Shown piece after piece: positions 35,123 to 43,305 of a stretch of DNA of 64,000 nucleotides; position 1 is the first letter of the stretch, and each line of letters begins with the position of its first letter. Under the pieces are notes generated by a model. It saw only the letters and a list, made by a program, of their open reading frames with translations. It was not told where the DNA came from and searched no databases. The translations under genes were made by a program, and so were the position numbers. This stretch comes from a bacterium (lineage in GTDB: Bacteria; Patescibacteriota; Minisyncoccia; UBA6257; GWB1-50-10): assembly GCA_021801565.1 (NCBI GenBank), contig JAJYXV010000015.1:155198-219197 (forward strand), in the 5' to 3' direction.

Positions 35123-36829
35123 ATGGCTGAATCAGAGACAAAAATTTGCCAAAACTGTAAGCAAGACTTCATTATTGAGCCCGAGGATTTTGATTTCTAC
35201 AAAAAAATAGAAGTCCCACCCCCGACATTCTGTCCGACGTGCCGACTTCAGAGAAGACTGGCGTTTTTTAACATTTTCAATCTATATAAACGTCCATGTG
35301 ATTTTTGTAAAAAGGAGTTTATTTCCGTTTATCACAAGGATTCTCCGTATGTGGTGTATTGCCCAAAGTGTTGGTGGTCCGACAACTGGAACGTTTTTGA
35401 TTATGGAAGAGAGTATGACTTTTCCCGTCCGTTTTTTGAGCAATTTAAAGAGTTGTGGCAAACGACGCCGGTATTGGGGATTTCTATTGATATTCCGACA
35501 ATGGAAACGTCACCATACACCAGTCATTCAGGTCACCTGAAAAACTGCTATCTTCTTTTTCATGCGGACTATATTGAAGATTCTGCATATGGGTTTTATC
35601 TCGTTCACAACCAATCCACTTTTGATTGTTCGGTAACCATGATGTGTGAGTCATGTTATGATTGCCAAAATTCTTTCAAAAACAATACTGTTGTGGGGGC
35701 ACGTGGAAATGTGACAAATTCATTGAATTCTTATTTTCTTCGTGATTGTGATAACTGCCAAAATTGTTTTGCCTCGGCAAATCTACGAAATAAACAATAT
35801 TATATTTTCAACACGCCATACACCAAAGAGGATTATTTTAAAGAAATTGAAAAATGGGATTTGGGTTCGTATAGGACGTATCAAGAAGTTTTTCGAATGG
35901 CTCGGGAGCATTGGAAAAAATTTTCCCCACGCCCAAAGTATGATGATTTTTCCACCGATTATACGGGGAGTTATGTTTTTCAGTCAAAAAATTGTAAAGA
36001 ATGCTATGACGTATCAAATGTACAAGATTCAAAATTTATGCTTATGGTGGCGGATAGGCCTACAAAAGATTGTTATGATGTTTCGAGTTGGGGTAATAAT
36101 ATGTCTCGCTGTTATGAATGTTGTAATGTAGGAGAAGATGCTTCTGATGTAAAGTTTGCTCATGAGTCAGGACTTGGGTTAATTGATGCTGAGTATTGCA
36201 AACTCTCGACTGGAGCACACCACTTTGGTTGCGTGTCTGTAAAAAAGGGAGACTATGTAATTTTGAATAAACGATATTCAAAAGAAGAATATGAGTCATT
36301 ACGCAGAAAAATCATTGAACATATGAATACAATGCCGTATGAGGACACAAAGGGAAGAATATATAAATATGGAGAATTTTTTCCAACCGATTTATCTCCA
36401 TTTGCATATAATGAGACAATTGCAGATGATTTTTTTTCTCTCTCTAATAGTGAGATAGAACGCAATGGATATCGGTTTTTTGAGAAAAAAGAAAATACCT
36501 ACACAATCACAAAGCACGCATCGGAACTTTCCGATAATATTAATGATGTGACAGACGCAATTTTAAAAGAGACGATTGAGTGTGAGAGTTGTGGAAAGGG
36601 ATTCAGAATAATATCGATGGAACTTTCATTTCTCAAAAAAATGAGATTGCCACTTCCTCGAATGTGCCCATTTTGTAGAATAAATATAAAACTTAAACAA
36701 TGGGTAAAAAATCTCCGTGTTATTCCAAGAACGTGCGATAAATGCGGTGATGAATTTACCACGAATTATGCAAAAGAAGAAGCGCCGTTTATTTTATGCA
36801 AAGAGTGTTATAAAGCAGAAATACTCTAA
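35123..36829 (+). CDS. Cys-rich multi-zinc-ribbon protein, paralog 4
   Basis: Starts MAESETKICQNCKQDFIIEPEDFDFYKKIEVPPPTFCPTCR... The first ~97 nt are near-identical to paralog 3. C-terminal ELSFLKKMRLPLPRMCPFCR...CKECYKAEIL. Start taken at the ATG homologous to the paralog 3 start, not the track's 35078. Confidence 0.5.
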   Translation: MAESETKICQNCKQDFIIEPEDFDFYKKIEVPPPTFCPTCRLQRRLAFFNIFNLYKRPCDFCKKEFISVYHKDSPYVVYCPKCWWSDNWNVFDYGREYDFSRPFFEQFKELWQTTPVLGISIDIPTMETSPYTSHSGHLKNCYLLFHADYIEDSAYGFYLVHNQSTFDCSVTMMCESCYDCQNSFKNNTVVGARGNVTNSLNSYFLRDCDNCQNCFASANLRNKQYYIFNTPYTKEDYFKEIEKWDLGSYRTYQEVFRMAREHWKKFSPRPKYDDFSTDYTGSYVFQSKNCKECYDVSNVQDSKFMLMVADRPTKDCYDVSSWGNNMSRCYECCNVGEDASDVKFAHESGLGLIDAEYCKLSTGAHHFGCVSVKKGDYVILNKRYSKEEYESLRRKIIEHMNTMPYEDTKGRIYKYGEFFPTDLSPFAYNETIADDFFSLSNSEIERNGYRFFEKKENTYTITKHASELSDNINDVTDAILKETIECESCGKGFRIISMELSFLKKMRLPLPRMCPFCRINIKLKQWVKNLRVIPRTCDKCGDEFTTNYAKEEAPFILCKECYKAEIL

Positions 36830-36899
36830 GTAAAAAGTTTGTAAGGTATGAATTTTTACATTGAATATTTTTAATTAGAGGTTCTTTGGAAATTAATAT

Positions 36900-38396
36900 T
36901 TGGTAATTAGAAATTTATTTATTATGCCTCTCCCAGAGAAATTTTTCTTTGGATCATGTTTTTTCCTCTTTGGTGTTTTGTGTGCGAGTATTTCATTCGG
37001 AATATTTACTATTATTATTACAAGTGTTACGGCACTTTTTTCTTTATTCTTATTTTTTGGTATAAAAAAGAAAATATATCTATCATTTTTCTTTCTTCTT
37101 TTTCTTATTCCAGTTGGTTCAGTTTATTACACGTTGCGAGATCAGTTAATGGTACGTATTTCTCCAAACTCAATCATTAACGCTGACGTGATGATAACGC
37201 AAGATGTTCGCGTTCTTGAGAATTCACAGGAAGCAGTGGTAGATATACTCAATAAAGAAAAATGGAAAAGTGGACGTGTACTTTTGCGTCTCAGAAAATT
37301 TCCGGAAGTGCACTATGGTGATCTTTTGCATATTAAAGGAAGAGTTGAGTATCCAAGCGAAAAAGGATATGCCGGGTATCTCGAAAAAGAGGGAATTTCT
37401 GGAATTATTGCATTTCCTGATTTTATTTTTCTTGGAGAAAATAGAGGATCGCAAGTGTTAAAAGTTCTCTTTGGTATAAAAAATTTTGCAATTCATTCAT
37501 TTGAAAAGGTGTTACCGCCGAAAGAAAGCGCATTTCTTTCTGGGGTGATAGTGGGAGATACCAGCGGATTTTCAAAGGAGTTTAAAACAGCAATGTCCAA
37601 AAGCGGAACGTCTCATCTTGTTGCGCTTTCTGGATATAATATTTCTATCCTTGTTTCGGCAATTATGACGATGTGTGGGCGATTTTTTTCCCGCCGCGTT
37701 GCACGATGGATTGCTGGGGTGTGTATATTGGGTTTCGTAATCATGACTGGTGGGCAAGCATCAGTGGTTCGTGCGGCAATTATGGGATGTGTGCTTCTTT
37801 TTGTTGGCACATGGAGAGCAAAAAATCCGCGTAATCTTCTTGTGTGTACAGCGCTTGGTATGGTGCTCTGGAGTCCAAAAATACTTACCTTTGATGTCGG
37901 GTTTCAACTTTCTTTTTTTGCACTTTTGGGAATTGTCTACCTTCGCCCCGCACTTCAGGAGTTATTTCATTTTTCGAATAATTCAGGAATATTTTTATGG
38001 AGAGAAAATTTTCTTTCGACTACAGCAGCGCAGTTGGCAGTGCTTCCAATTCTCATTTTGTCATTTGGGGGAGTTTCCGGGACTGCACTTATTGCGAATA
38101 TATGTATTCTGGGAATTATTCCAGTCACCATGGGTCTTGGTTTTTCGATTATATTTTCAAGTATTTTCTCTTTTTATATTTCTCTCGTTTTTGGGTGGAT
38201 CACATGGATATTTTTAAAACTTGAAATTGAAATCATCGAATTTTTTGCACGTATTACACAGCCAATCGATATGTCAGTAAACACATATATGATTATTCTG
38301 TATTATTTTTTTCTTATATATCTTGTGTGGTATATGAATAAGAGGACGATGACAACAATCAAGACTGATAACAATAATTTCAAAAGAATGGGATAA
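36900..38396 (+). CDS. comEC: ComEC/Rec2 DNA-uptake channel, N-terminal plus competence (TM) domains
   Basis: DUF4131-like N-terminus. Competence-domain block SGTSHLVALSGYNISIL with multiple TM helices. Confidence 0.65.
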   Translation: MVIRNLFIMPLPEKFFFGSCFFLFGVLCASISFGIFTIIITSVTALFSLFLFFGIKKKIYLSFFFLLFLIPVGSVYYTLRDQLMVRISPNSIINADVMITQDVRVLENSQEAVVDILNKEKWKSGRVLLRLRKFPEVHYGDLLHIKGRVEYPSEKGYAGYLEKEGISGIIAFPDFIFLGENRGSQVLKVLFGIKNFAIHSFEKVLPPKESAFLSGVIVGDTSGFSKEFKTAMSKSGTSHLVALSGYNISILVSAIMTMCGRFFSRRVARWIAGVCILGFVIMTGGQASVVRAAIMGCVLLFVGTWRAKNPRNLLVCTALGMVLWSPKILTFDVGFQLSFFALLGIVYLRPALQELFHFSNNSGIFLWRENFLSTTAAQLAVLPILILSFGGVSGTALIANICILGIIPVTMGLGFSIIFSSIFSFYISLVFGWITWIFLKLEIEIIEFFARITQPIDMSVNTYMIILYYFFLIYLVWYMNKRTMTTIKTDNNNFKRMG

Positions 38397-38405
38397 AATA
38401 GAATT

Positions 38406-39320
38406 ATGGATGAAAGGAAAACACCAATTGAGAGAATAGTTGGGTTGCTGCAACTAAAAAAACGGAAACACATTGTTCTCACACTTCTTATTGGATGTGT
38501 GTTATTTGACGCTGTCTGGATTTTCAACTTTATTTCAGCAATGGAAAAAGTGGGAGTAATATATTTTTTGAATGTCGGACAAGGCGATAGCGAACTTGTA
38601 ATATTTCCCAGCGGGGTAAAATTGCTGATTGATGGCGGCCCGCCAAACGGAAAGGTAGAACAAGAACTTTCTCGAATTGTCGGCTCGTTCGACAGATATA
38701 TCGATCTTGTGGTACTAAGTCATCCGCAGATAGATCATTTTGGCGGACTCATTCGTTTATTTCAGGACTATCGTGTCGGCGCATTTCTTACCAATGGGGA
38801 AATATCAGGAGATGATGCTTATACGTCTCTTATTGGTAATTTGGAAAAACAAGATTCAAAAAAAGTTGCGGTATATGCAGGTGATATGATACAACAAGGA
38901 AATATTTCGTTTCGCATATTGTCACCACAAATTACTGATCATAAGAGTCAAAAAAAAGAAAATCCGAATGATCGCGCGATTATAGGGAAGCTTTCAATGA
39001 ATCAAGTGAATATTTTGTTTACCGGAGATATCGGAGAGAATATTGAAAACGCATTTGCTTCGTCTTTTGAAAAAACAGATGTACTAAAAGTTGCACACCA
39101 TGGATCAAAAAACTCATCAAGTGAGGAGTTTGTCTCTATTGTTCAGCCAAAAATCGCGGTGATTGAAGTTGGAAAAAATTCATATGGCCACCCATCTTCC
39201 GATGTAATTCAACGACTTTTAAATAAAGGTGCATCGATATTTCGGACTGATATTGACGGAACAATAAAGATTATTTTTGAAAATGGATCGGCTCGCATTT
39301 TTTCCCTCCCCGATGTGTAA
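38406..39320 (+). CDS. ComEC C-terminal metallo-beta-lactamase domain (separate ORF, same frame, 1 stop after the upstream part)
   Basis: VLSHPQIDHFGG (HxHxDH) and AHHGSKNSS are typical of the ComEC lactamase_B domain. Confidence 0.65.
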   Translation: MDERKTPIERIVGLLQLKKRKHIVLTLLIGCVLFDAVWIFNFISAMEKVGVIYFLNVGQGDSELVIFPSGVKLLIDGGPPNGKVEQELSRIVGSFDRYIDLVVLSHPQIDHFGGLIRLFQDYRVGAFLTNGEISGDDAYTSLIGNLEKQDSKKVAVYAGDMIQQGNISFRILSPQITDHKSQKKENPNDRAIIGKLSMNQVNILFTGDIGENIENAFASSFEKTDVLKVAHHGSKNSSSEEFVSIVQPKIAVIEVGKNSYGHPSSDVIQRLLNKGASIFRTDIDGTIKIIFENGSARIFSLPDV

Positions 39321-39358
39321 AATTTCGCAAAATCTTCTTTTGGCGATACAATAGATAT

Positions 39359-39721
39359 ATGCAAAAGTTGATCAATGTATTTCCCGCCCGTTTTCTGAGA
39401 GATAAAGTACTTCGTACACTTTTTTTTGCTGGGCTTCTTCTTTTTGTTGGGAGCTTTATATTTGTTCTTCTCAAGGTAAACCTCCTTAGTCTTCCAGTGA
39501 TTCTTCACTTTGATGTAATGAGCGGAGTAGACAGGTTCGGAGATCAATCTTCGGTATGGGGTGTGTGGGGTCTTGGATTTGTGCTTTTTATCATTAATTC
39601 CATATTGGGAGAAATGTTTTTGTTGCGCGAACGCGCACTTTCATTTGTGTGCTTTGGTGCGAACTTATTCTTGAGTATTTTGTTTCTCATTATTCTTTCG
39701 GTTATTATTACAGTAAATTAA
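39359..39721 (+). CDS. hypothetical membrane protein
   Basis: Three TM helices. Confidence 0.3.
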   Translation: MQKLINVFPARFLRDKVLRTLFFAGLLLFVGSFIFVLLKVNLLSLPVILHFDVMSGVDRFGDQSSVWGVWGLGFVLFIINSILGEMFLLRERALSFVCFGANLFLSILFLIILSVIITVN

Positions 39722-39848
39722 CTAGATAATGAAAACTGGATATATGCTTTGCGCAAGATATATAATAAACACCTTCAACGTAAAATAATGTTATAAAAAC
39801 AAACATTTCAATGATTTCTGTTAAAATAAATTACATCTCTATTACCTA

Positions 39849-40901
39849 GTGAATATGGCAACTATTATCTTACTCATTATTATTGTGGTCTTATTTATCG
39901 GGGGATTTATATCTCTTGGCGTACTTATTTTAAAACAAAAAAAGTTAAAAGAGAGTGATCAAGCGCTTGTGCTTATACAAAATCAAATTAATGAACTAAA
40001 TCGTACGCTTGATAATAAGGTGGGGGAATCAACGCGCGCGATTGAACGGCAGTTCAGCGAAAGTGCAAAAATCATACGTGATGTAACAGAAAAACTTACA
40101 AAACTTGACGAGACAAATCGGCAAGTAATGAGCTTCACCGACCAACTGCAATCATTGCAGGATGTATTAAAAAACCCGAAGCAAAGAGGAATACTTGGTG
40201 AATATTATCTAGAAACGCTTTTAAAGAATGTTTTACCACCAGGAAGCTATCAGATGCAGTACCCATTTAAAGATGGAACGATTGTTGACGCGGTAGTATT
40301 TGTGAAAGATAAAATTATTCCAATTGATTCAAAGTTTTCACTTGAAAATTATAACAGGCTTGTGGACGAACATGATCAGATCGAACGTGAACGACTAGAA
40401 AAATCTTTTAAAGCCGATTTAAAAAACCGTATCGACGAAACAGCAAAATATGTAAAGCCGAGCGAGGATACAATGGATTTTGCATTTATGTTCATTCCCC
40501 ATGAAGCAATTTATTATGATCTGCTTGTTGCGCAAGTGGGCGCGGTAAAAGTAAATACGCGTGACTTAATTGAATATGCATTTAAGGAAAAACATGTAAT
40601 TATTGTTTCTCCAACATCGTTTCTTGCATATTTGCAAACCGTGCTTCAAGGACTCAAGGCGCTTCAAATTGAAGAATCGGCAAAAGAAATCCGAAAGCGC
40701 GTTGAAGAACTTGGGAAGCATCTCGGAAGTTATGAATCATATATGAAAAAACTTGGAGGGCATTTGGGAACGACGGTAAATATGTATAACAGTGCATATA
40801 AAGAATTTGGAAAGATTGATAAGGACGTTATGCGGATTAGTGGTGAAGCGGCAGGGATTACCGCAGAAACTATTGAGGGACCAAAAGAGGAAGAAGATTA
40901 A
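39849..40901 (+). CDS. rmuC: DNA recombination protein RmuC
   Basis: N-terminal TM, long coiled coil, and the RmuC C-domain block FMFIPHEAIYYDLL...VIIVSPTSFLAYL. Confidence 0.7.
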   Translation: MNMATIILLIIIVVLFIGGFISLGVLILKQKKLKESDQALVLIQNQINELNRTLDNKVGESTRAIERQFSESAKIIRDVTEKLTKLDETNRQVMSFTDQLQSLQDVLKNPKQRGILGEYYLETLLKNVLPPGSYQMQYPFKDGTIVDAVVFVKDKIIPIDSKFSLENYNRLVDEHDQIERERLEKSFKADLKNRIDETAKYVKPSEDTMDFAFMFIPHEAIYYDLLVAQVGAVKVNTRDLIEYAFKEKHVIIVSPTSFLAYLQTVLQGLKALQIEESAKEIRKRVEELGKHLGSYESYMKKLGGHLGTTVNMYNSAYKEFGKIDKDVMRISGEAAGITAETIEGPKEEED

Positions 40902-40940
40902 GTGGGTTTATAATGTAAGGGTATATAATCTACAAAATCC

Positions 40941-41207
40941 ATGTCTCCACGGGAATTAGAAAAACTCTTAAAGGCAGTAGGAAATAGGCGACGAATTGCT
41001 ATTTTGCAATATCTTAAAAAGCACCACGAAGCATCAGTGGGGGAGCTTGCGAATGAAATACACCTTTCATTTAAATCAACCTCGAAACATCTTACGGTGC
41101 TTTTATCGGCTAATATTGTTGAAAATAATCAGAGAGGTGGATGGGCGGTTTATACTATTATAAAAGAACAATCGCCCGTTGCATTAAAAATTTTATCCCT
41201 ATTATAA
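40941..41207 (+). CDS. ArsR/SmtB-family HTH transcriptional regulator
   Basis: RRIAILQYL...SVGELANEIHLSFKSTSKHLTVL wHTH. Confidence 0.65.
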   Translation: MSPRELEKLLKAVGNRRRIAILQYLKKHHEASVGELANEIHLSFKSTSKHLTVLLSANIVENNQRGGWAVYTIIKEQSPVALKILSLL

Positions 41208-41269
41208 TTTTTTCATATTTATTTTTGTACTAATCCCTCATTCATTTACCCATTCGTACGAATGGGTAA

Positions 41270-42061
41270 ATGAATGAGGGAGGGGGGGATGAAGGAAAGG
41301 AGAAAGATAGTGTGAAATATATTAGTGGCATATATCATACACATATTATGAAAAAAACCACAAAACAAAATAGAAACGTTTTGGTGGGAGTAATAAAAAG
41401 TAGGAAAGATCTTCGTATTCTTTTGAAGGATGGATGGTATAGGATCCCCTTGATACACGTGCCGAAACGCAAGTTTTCATATATTGCATTTTATCAACCG
41501 ATTTCGTTTGGGAAGAATGGAAAGCGCATTGAATATTATGCGCGCGTGGGAAAAAGAGTGATTGTGCAGAGAATCAATTTATTGCCAAAAGAAAAGAATC
41601 ATCCACGGGCACATGATAAATATGTAAAAATTCAATGTGAAGAAATAATAAAACTCCCACGGGCCATAAAAAATATAATGCCACGTCGTGTATCTTTTGG
41701 ATTTACTACAATAAAAACCTTGCTTTCTGCAAGGAATATACTTGAACTTTTTGGCGTGCCTCAAACCGAAGAAATAATAAAAAAAGAATTATGGTGCGCT
41801 GGCATGAAGGCAGTAAGGGAATTTCCAGTTTCAGTAAATGGAAAAAGATATCGAATTGATTTTGCTCTTTTTTATAAGAAAGGAAATATCGCAATTGAGT
41901 GTGATAACGACAAAGCTCATAGAAATAAAACACAAAAGAGGAAGGATAAAATAAGAGATTCTATTCTTTGCCGCCATGGGTGGCGCGTGATTCGCCTCAG
42001 AGAAAAAGATATCATAGAGCGCCCCGATAGGTGTATCGCTCGTATTAAAAAACTGATGTAG
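41270..42061 (+). CDS. DUF559/Vsr-like (PD-(D/E)xK) endonuclease-domain protein with N-terminal extension
   Basis: C-terminal GKRYRIDFALFYKKGNIAIECDNDKAHRN....D..RDSILCRHGWRVIRL fits the DUF559 pattern. The start may be the internal Met at about 41348. Confidence 0.45.
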   Translation: MNEGGGDEGKEKDSVKYISGIYHTHIMKKTTKQNRNVLVGVIKSRKDLRILLKDGWYRIPLIHVPKRKFSYIAFYQPISFGKNGKRIEYYARVGKRVIVQRINLLPKEKNHPRAHDKYVKIQCEEIIKLPRAIKNIMPRRVSFGFTTIKTLLSARNILELFGVPQTEEIIKKELWCAGMKAVREFPVSVNGKRYRIDFALFYKKGNIAIECDNDKAHRNKTQKRKDKIRDSILCRHGWRVIRLREKDIIERPDRCIARIKKLM

Positions 42062-42096
42062 TTTAAAAAAGAAATAGGAGTTTATCTTTAAAAATA

Positions 42097-42121
42097 AAAA
42101 ACCGACAGTATGTCGGTTTTT
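42097..42121. terminator. bidirectional terminator AAAAAACCGACAGTATGTCGGTTTTT
   Basis: Sits between convergent genes. Confidence 0.7.
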
Positions 42122-42126
42122 AGATT

Positions 42127-42600
42127 TTAATTTTTCGCATTTTTTGCTTCAGTTGTTTGGTTTTGTGGGACGAAAACTAACTTTCCCCCAAATTTTTTTG
42201 GTAGTCGCCACGTCCAGACATTTCCATCACTAGTGCTATTTCTCCACTCAAACACTTTTTCTAACCCGTTTTTCATCATGAACCTTTCGTCTTTTGCAAC
42301 CAACTTACATGTACCGAGAAAAATTGGATCAAGTATTGCAATGTCTCTTTTTTCACCAATCTCGAGGTCCCGATCAATGTGTTCACAATATATAGAACAT
42401 TCTCCACTTTTTCGTTTTGGAAGTTTATACTCCGATATTGCTCTTATCTTGGATGAGTCGACTTTATCTGGATTTGCTAAACTACCATTTACGGTATAGT
42501 AAAAAAGCTTTTTTCTACGTGCCATTTTCACCTCTCTTGTTGTTTTAGTGCTGTAGTCATTATTATCCTCCCTATCTAAAAATGTAAAGTATTTGACCAT
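42127..42600 (-). CDS. hypothetical protein
   Basis: ORF only. Confidence 0.35.
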   Translation of the reverse strand: MVKYFTFLDREDNNDYSTKTTREVKMARRKKLFYYTVNGSLANPDKVDSSKIRAISEYKLPKRKSGECSIYCEHIDRDLEIGEKRDIAILDPIFLGTCKLVAKDERFMMKNGLEKVFEWRNSTSDGNVWTWRLPKKFGGKLVFVPQNQTTEAKNAKN

Positions 42601-42623
42601 CGCGTAGTATTTATGAAGTGAAC

Positions 42624-42651
42624 TTGACAGGAAAAATGTATGTGCTATAAT
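42624..42651 (+). promoter_or_regulatory. sigma-70 consensus promoter (TTGACA-16 nt-TATAAT)
   Basis: Perfect -35 and -10 hexamers with a 16-nt spacer. Confidence 0.6.
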
Positions 42652-42657
42652 GCTTTT

Positions 42658-42762
42658 GTTGAATGCAGTGTAGGTTTCTTATCTTCACCGCGACGGTTCG
42701 CCGAGGCGGAGAAATGTAAGGAATCCCTCTAATTCCTCCCGCCGAAAGGCGGGGGGTTTTTG
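42658..42762 (+). ncRNA. candidate small RNA (~105 nt) with its own promoter and intrinsic terminator
   Basis: Three hairpins: CGG-UUCG-CCG, GGAAT/ATTCC, and CCCGCC-GAAA-GGCGGG plus U-run. No ORF. No SRP, RNase P, 6S or tmRNA motifs recognised. Confidence 0.4.
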
Positions 42763-42810
42763 TATGTCATTTCAAGAAAACCACGGGCGTAAGCCCGTGG
42801 AGTTTCATTT
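42763..42810 (+). repeat. conserved 47-nt element, copy 2
   Basis: TATGTCATTTCAAGAAAACCACGGGCGTAAGCCCGTGGAGTTTCATTT. See copy 1 at 15127. Confidence 0.5.
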
Positions 42811-42953
42811 ACCCAATAGAAGAAAATTAATATACCACTTTTTGTGTTGGGTATAGCCTAAGTTTATATACAAATAAAAACAAAAAATTATAGGTTTTTC
42901 CTCCAGTAAGGTCCACATAAATATGATTAAGTTTTTCTCTACCGGGTTTATTT

Positions 42954-43081
42954 ACCAAGTAGTGAAAATTCAATTGGTTGCGAAGCGGCTGATTTCCCAA
43001 TAAGTCGCCATGAGCTTATTTTGTTTACGTAAATGTGTTTTTCAAAATTTATACCTATTTTTATTGAATTTCTACTACTTG
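42954..43081. repeat. MITE-like element, family 1 (TIR CCAAGTAGTGAAAATTCAAT / ATTGAATTTCTACTACTTGG)
   Basis: 20-bp TIRs. Intergenic, upstream of secA. Confidence 0.6.
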
Positions 43082-43305
43082 GTTTACGCGTATTTTCAAA
43101 CCTGCTACTCTATATGTGTGCGGTTCGGACCTCCTTGGCGGCTATGGATGTGCACTCGTTCAACATTTAATAAAAAATTGGAGGTTACCGCCATAGCCGC
43201 TCAGGGTGCCTGAGCGGCTTCAAAAAAACAACGAACCGGAATTATGGAAACAGATAAAAACATAAAAGTCACTAACTAAAATAAATCCAATTTCTACTAT
43301 TTGGT

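Noticed and set aside
42658-42762. SRP (4.5S) RNA interpretation of the promoter-terminator small RNA
   Set aside because: Lacks the conserved domain-IV motifs (GGAAG-capped helix 8 with AGCAG/GUCAGG-like internal loops). No match to RNase P, 6S or tmRNA hallmarks either.
43120-43240. Structured GC-rich segment (GGCGGCTATGG...CCATAGCCGC; AGCCGCTCAGGGTGCCTGAGCGGCT) upstream of secA as a terminator or riboswitch
   Set aside because: No adjacent U-run on either strand and no recognisable riboswitch consensus. May be part of the 5' UTR of secA or of the adjacent MITE. Evidence is insufficient for a feature call.
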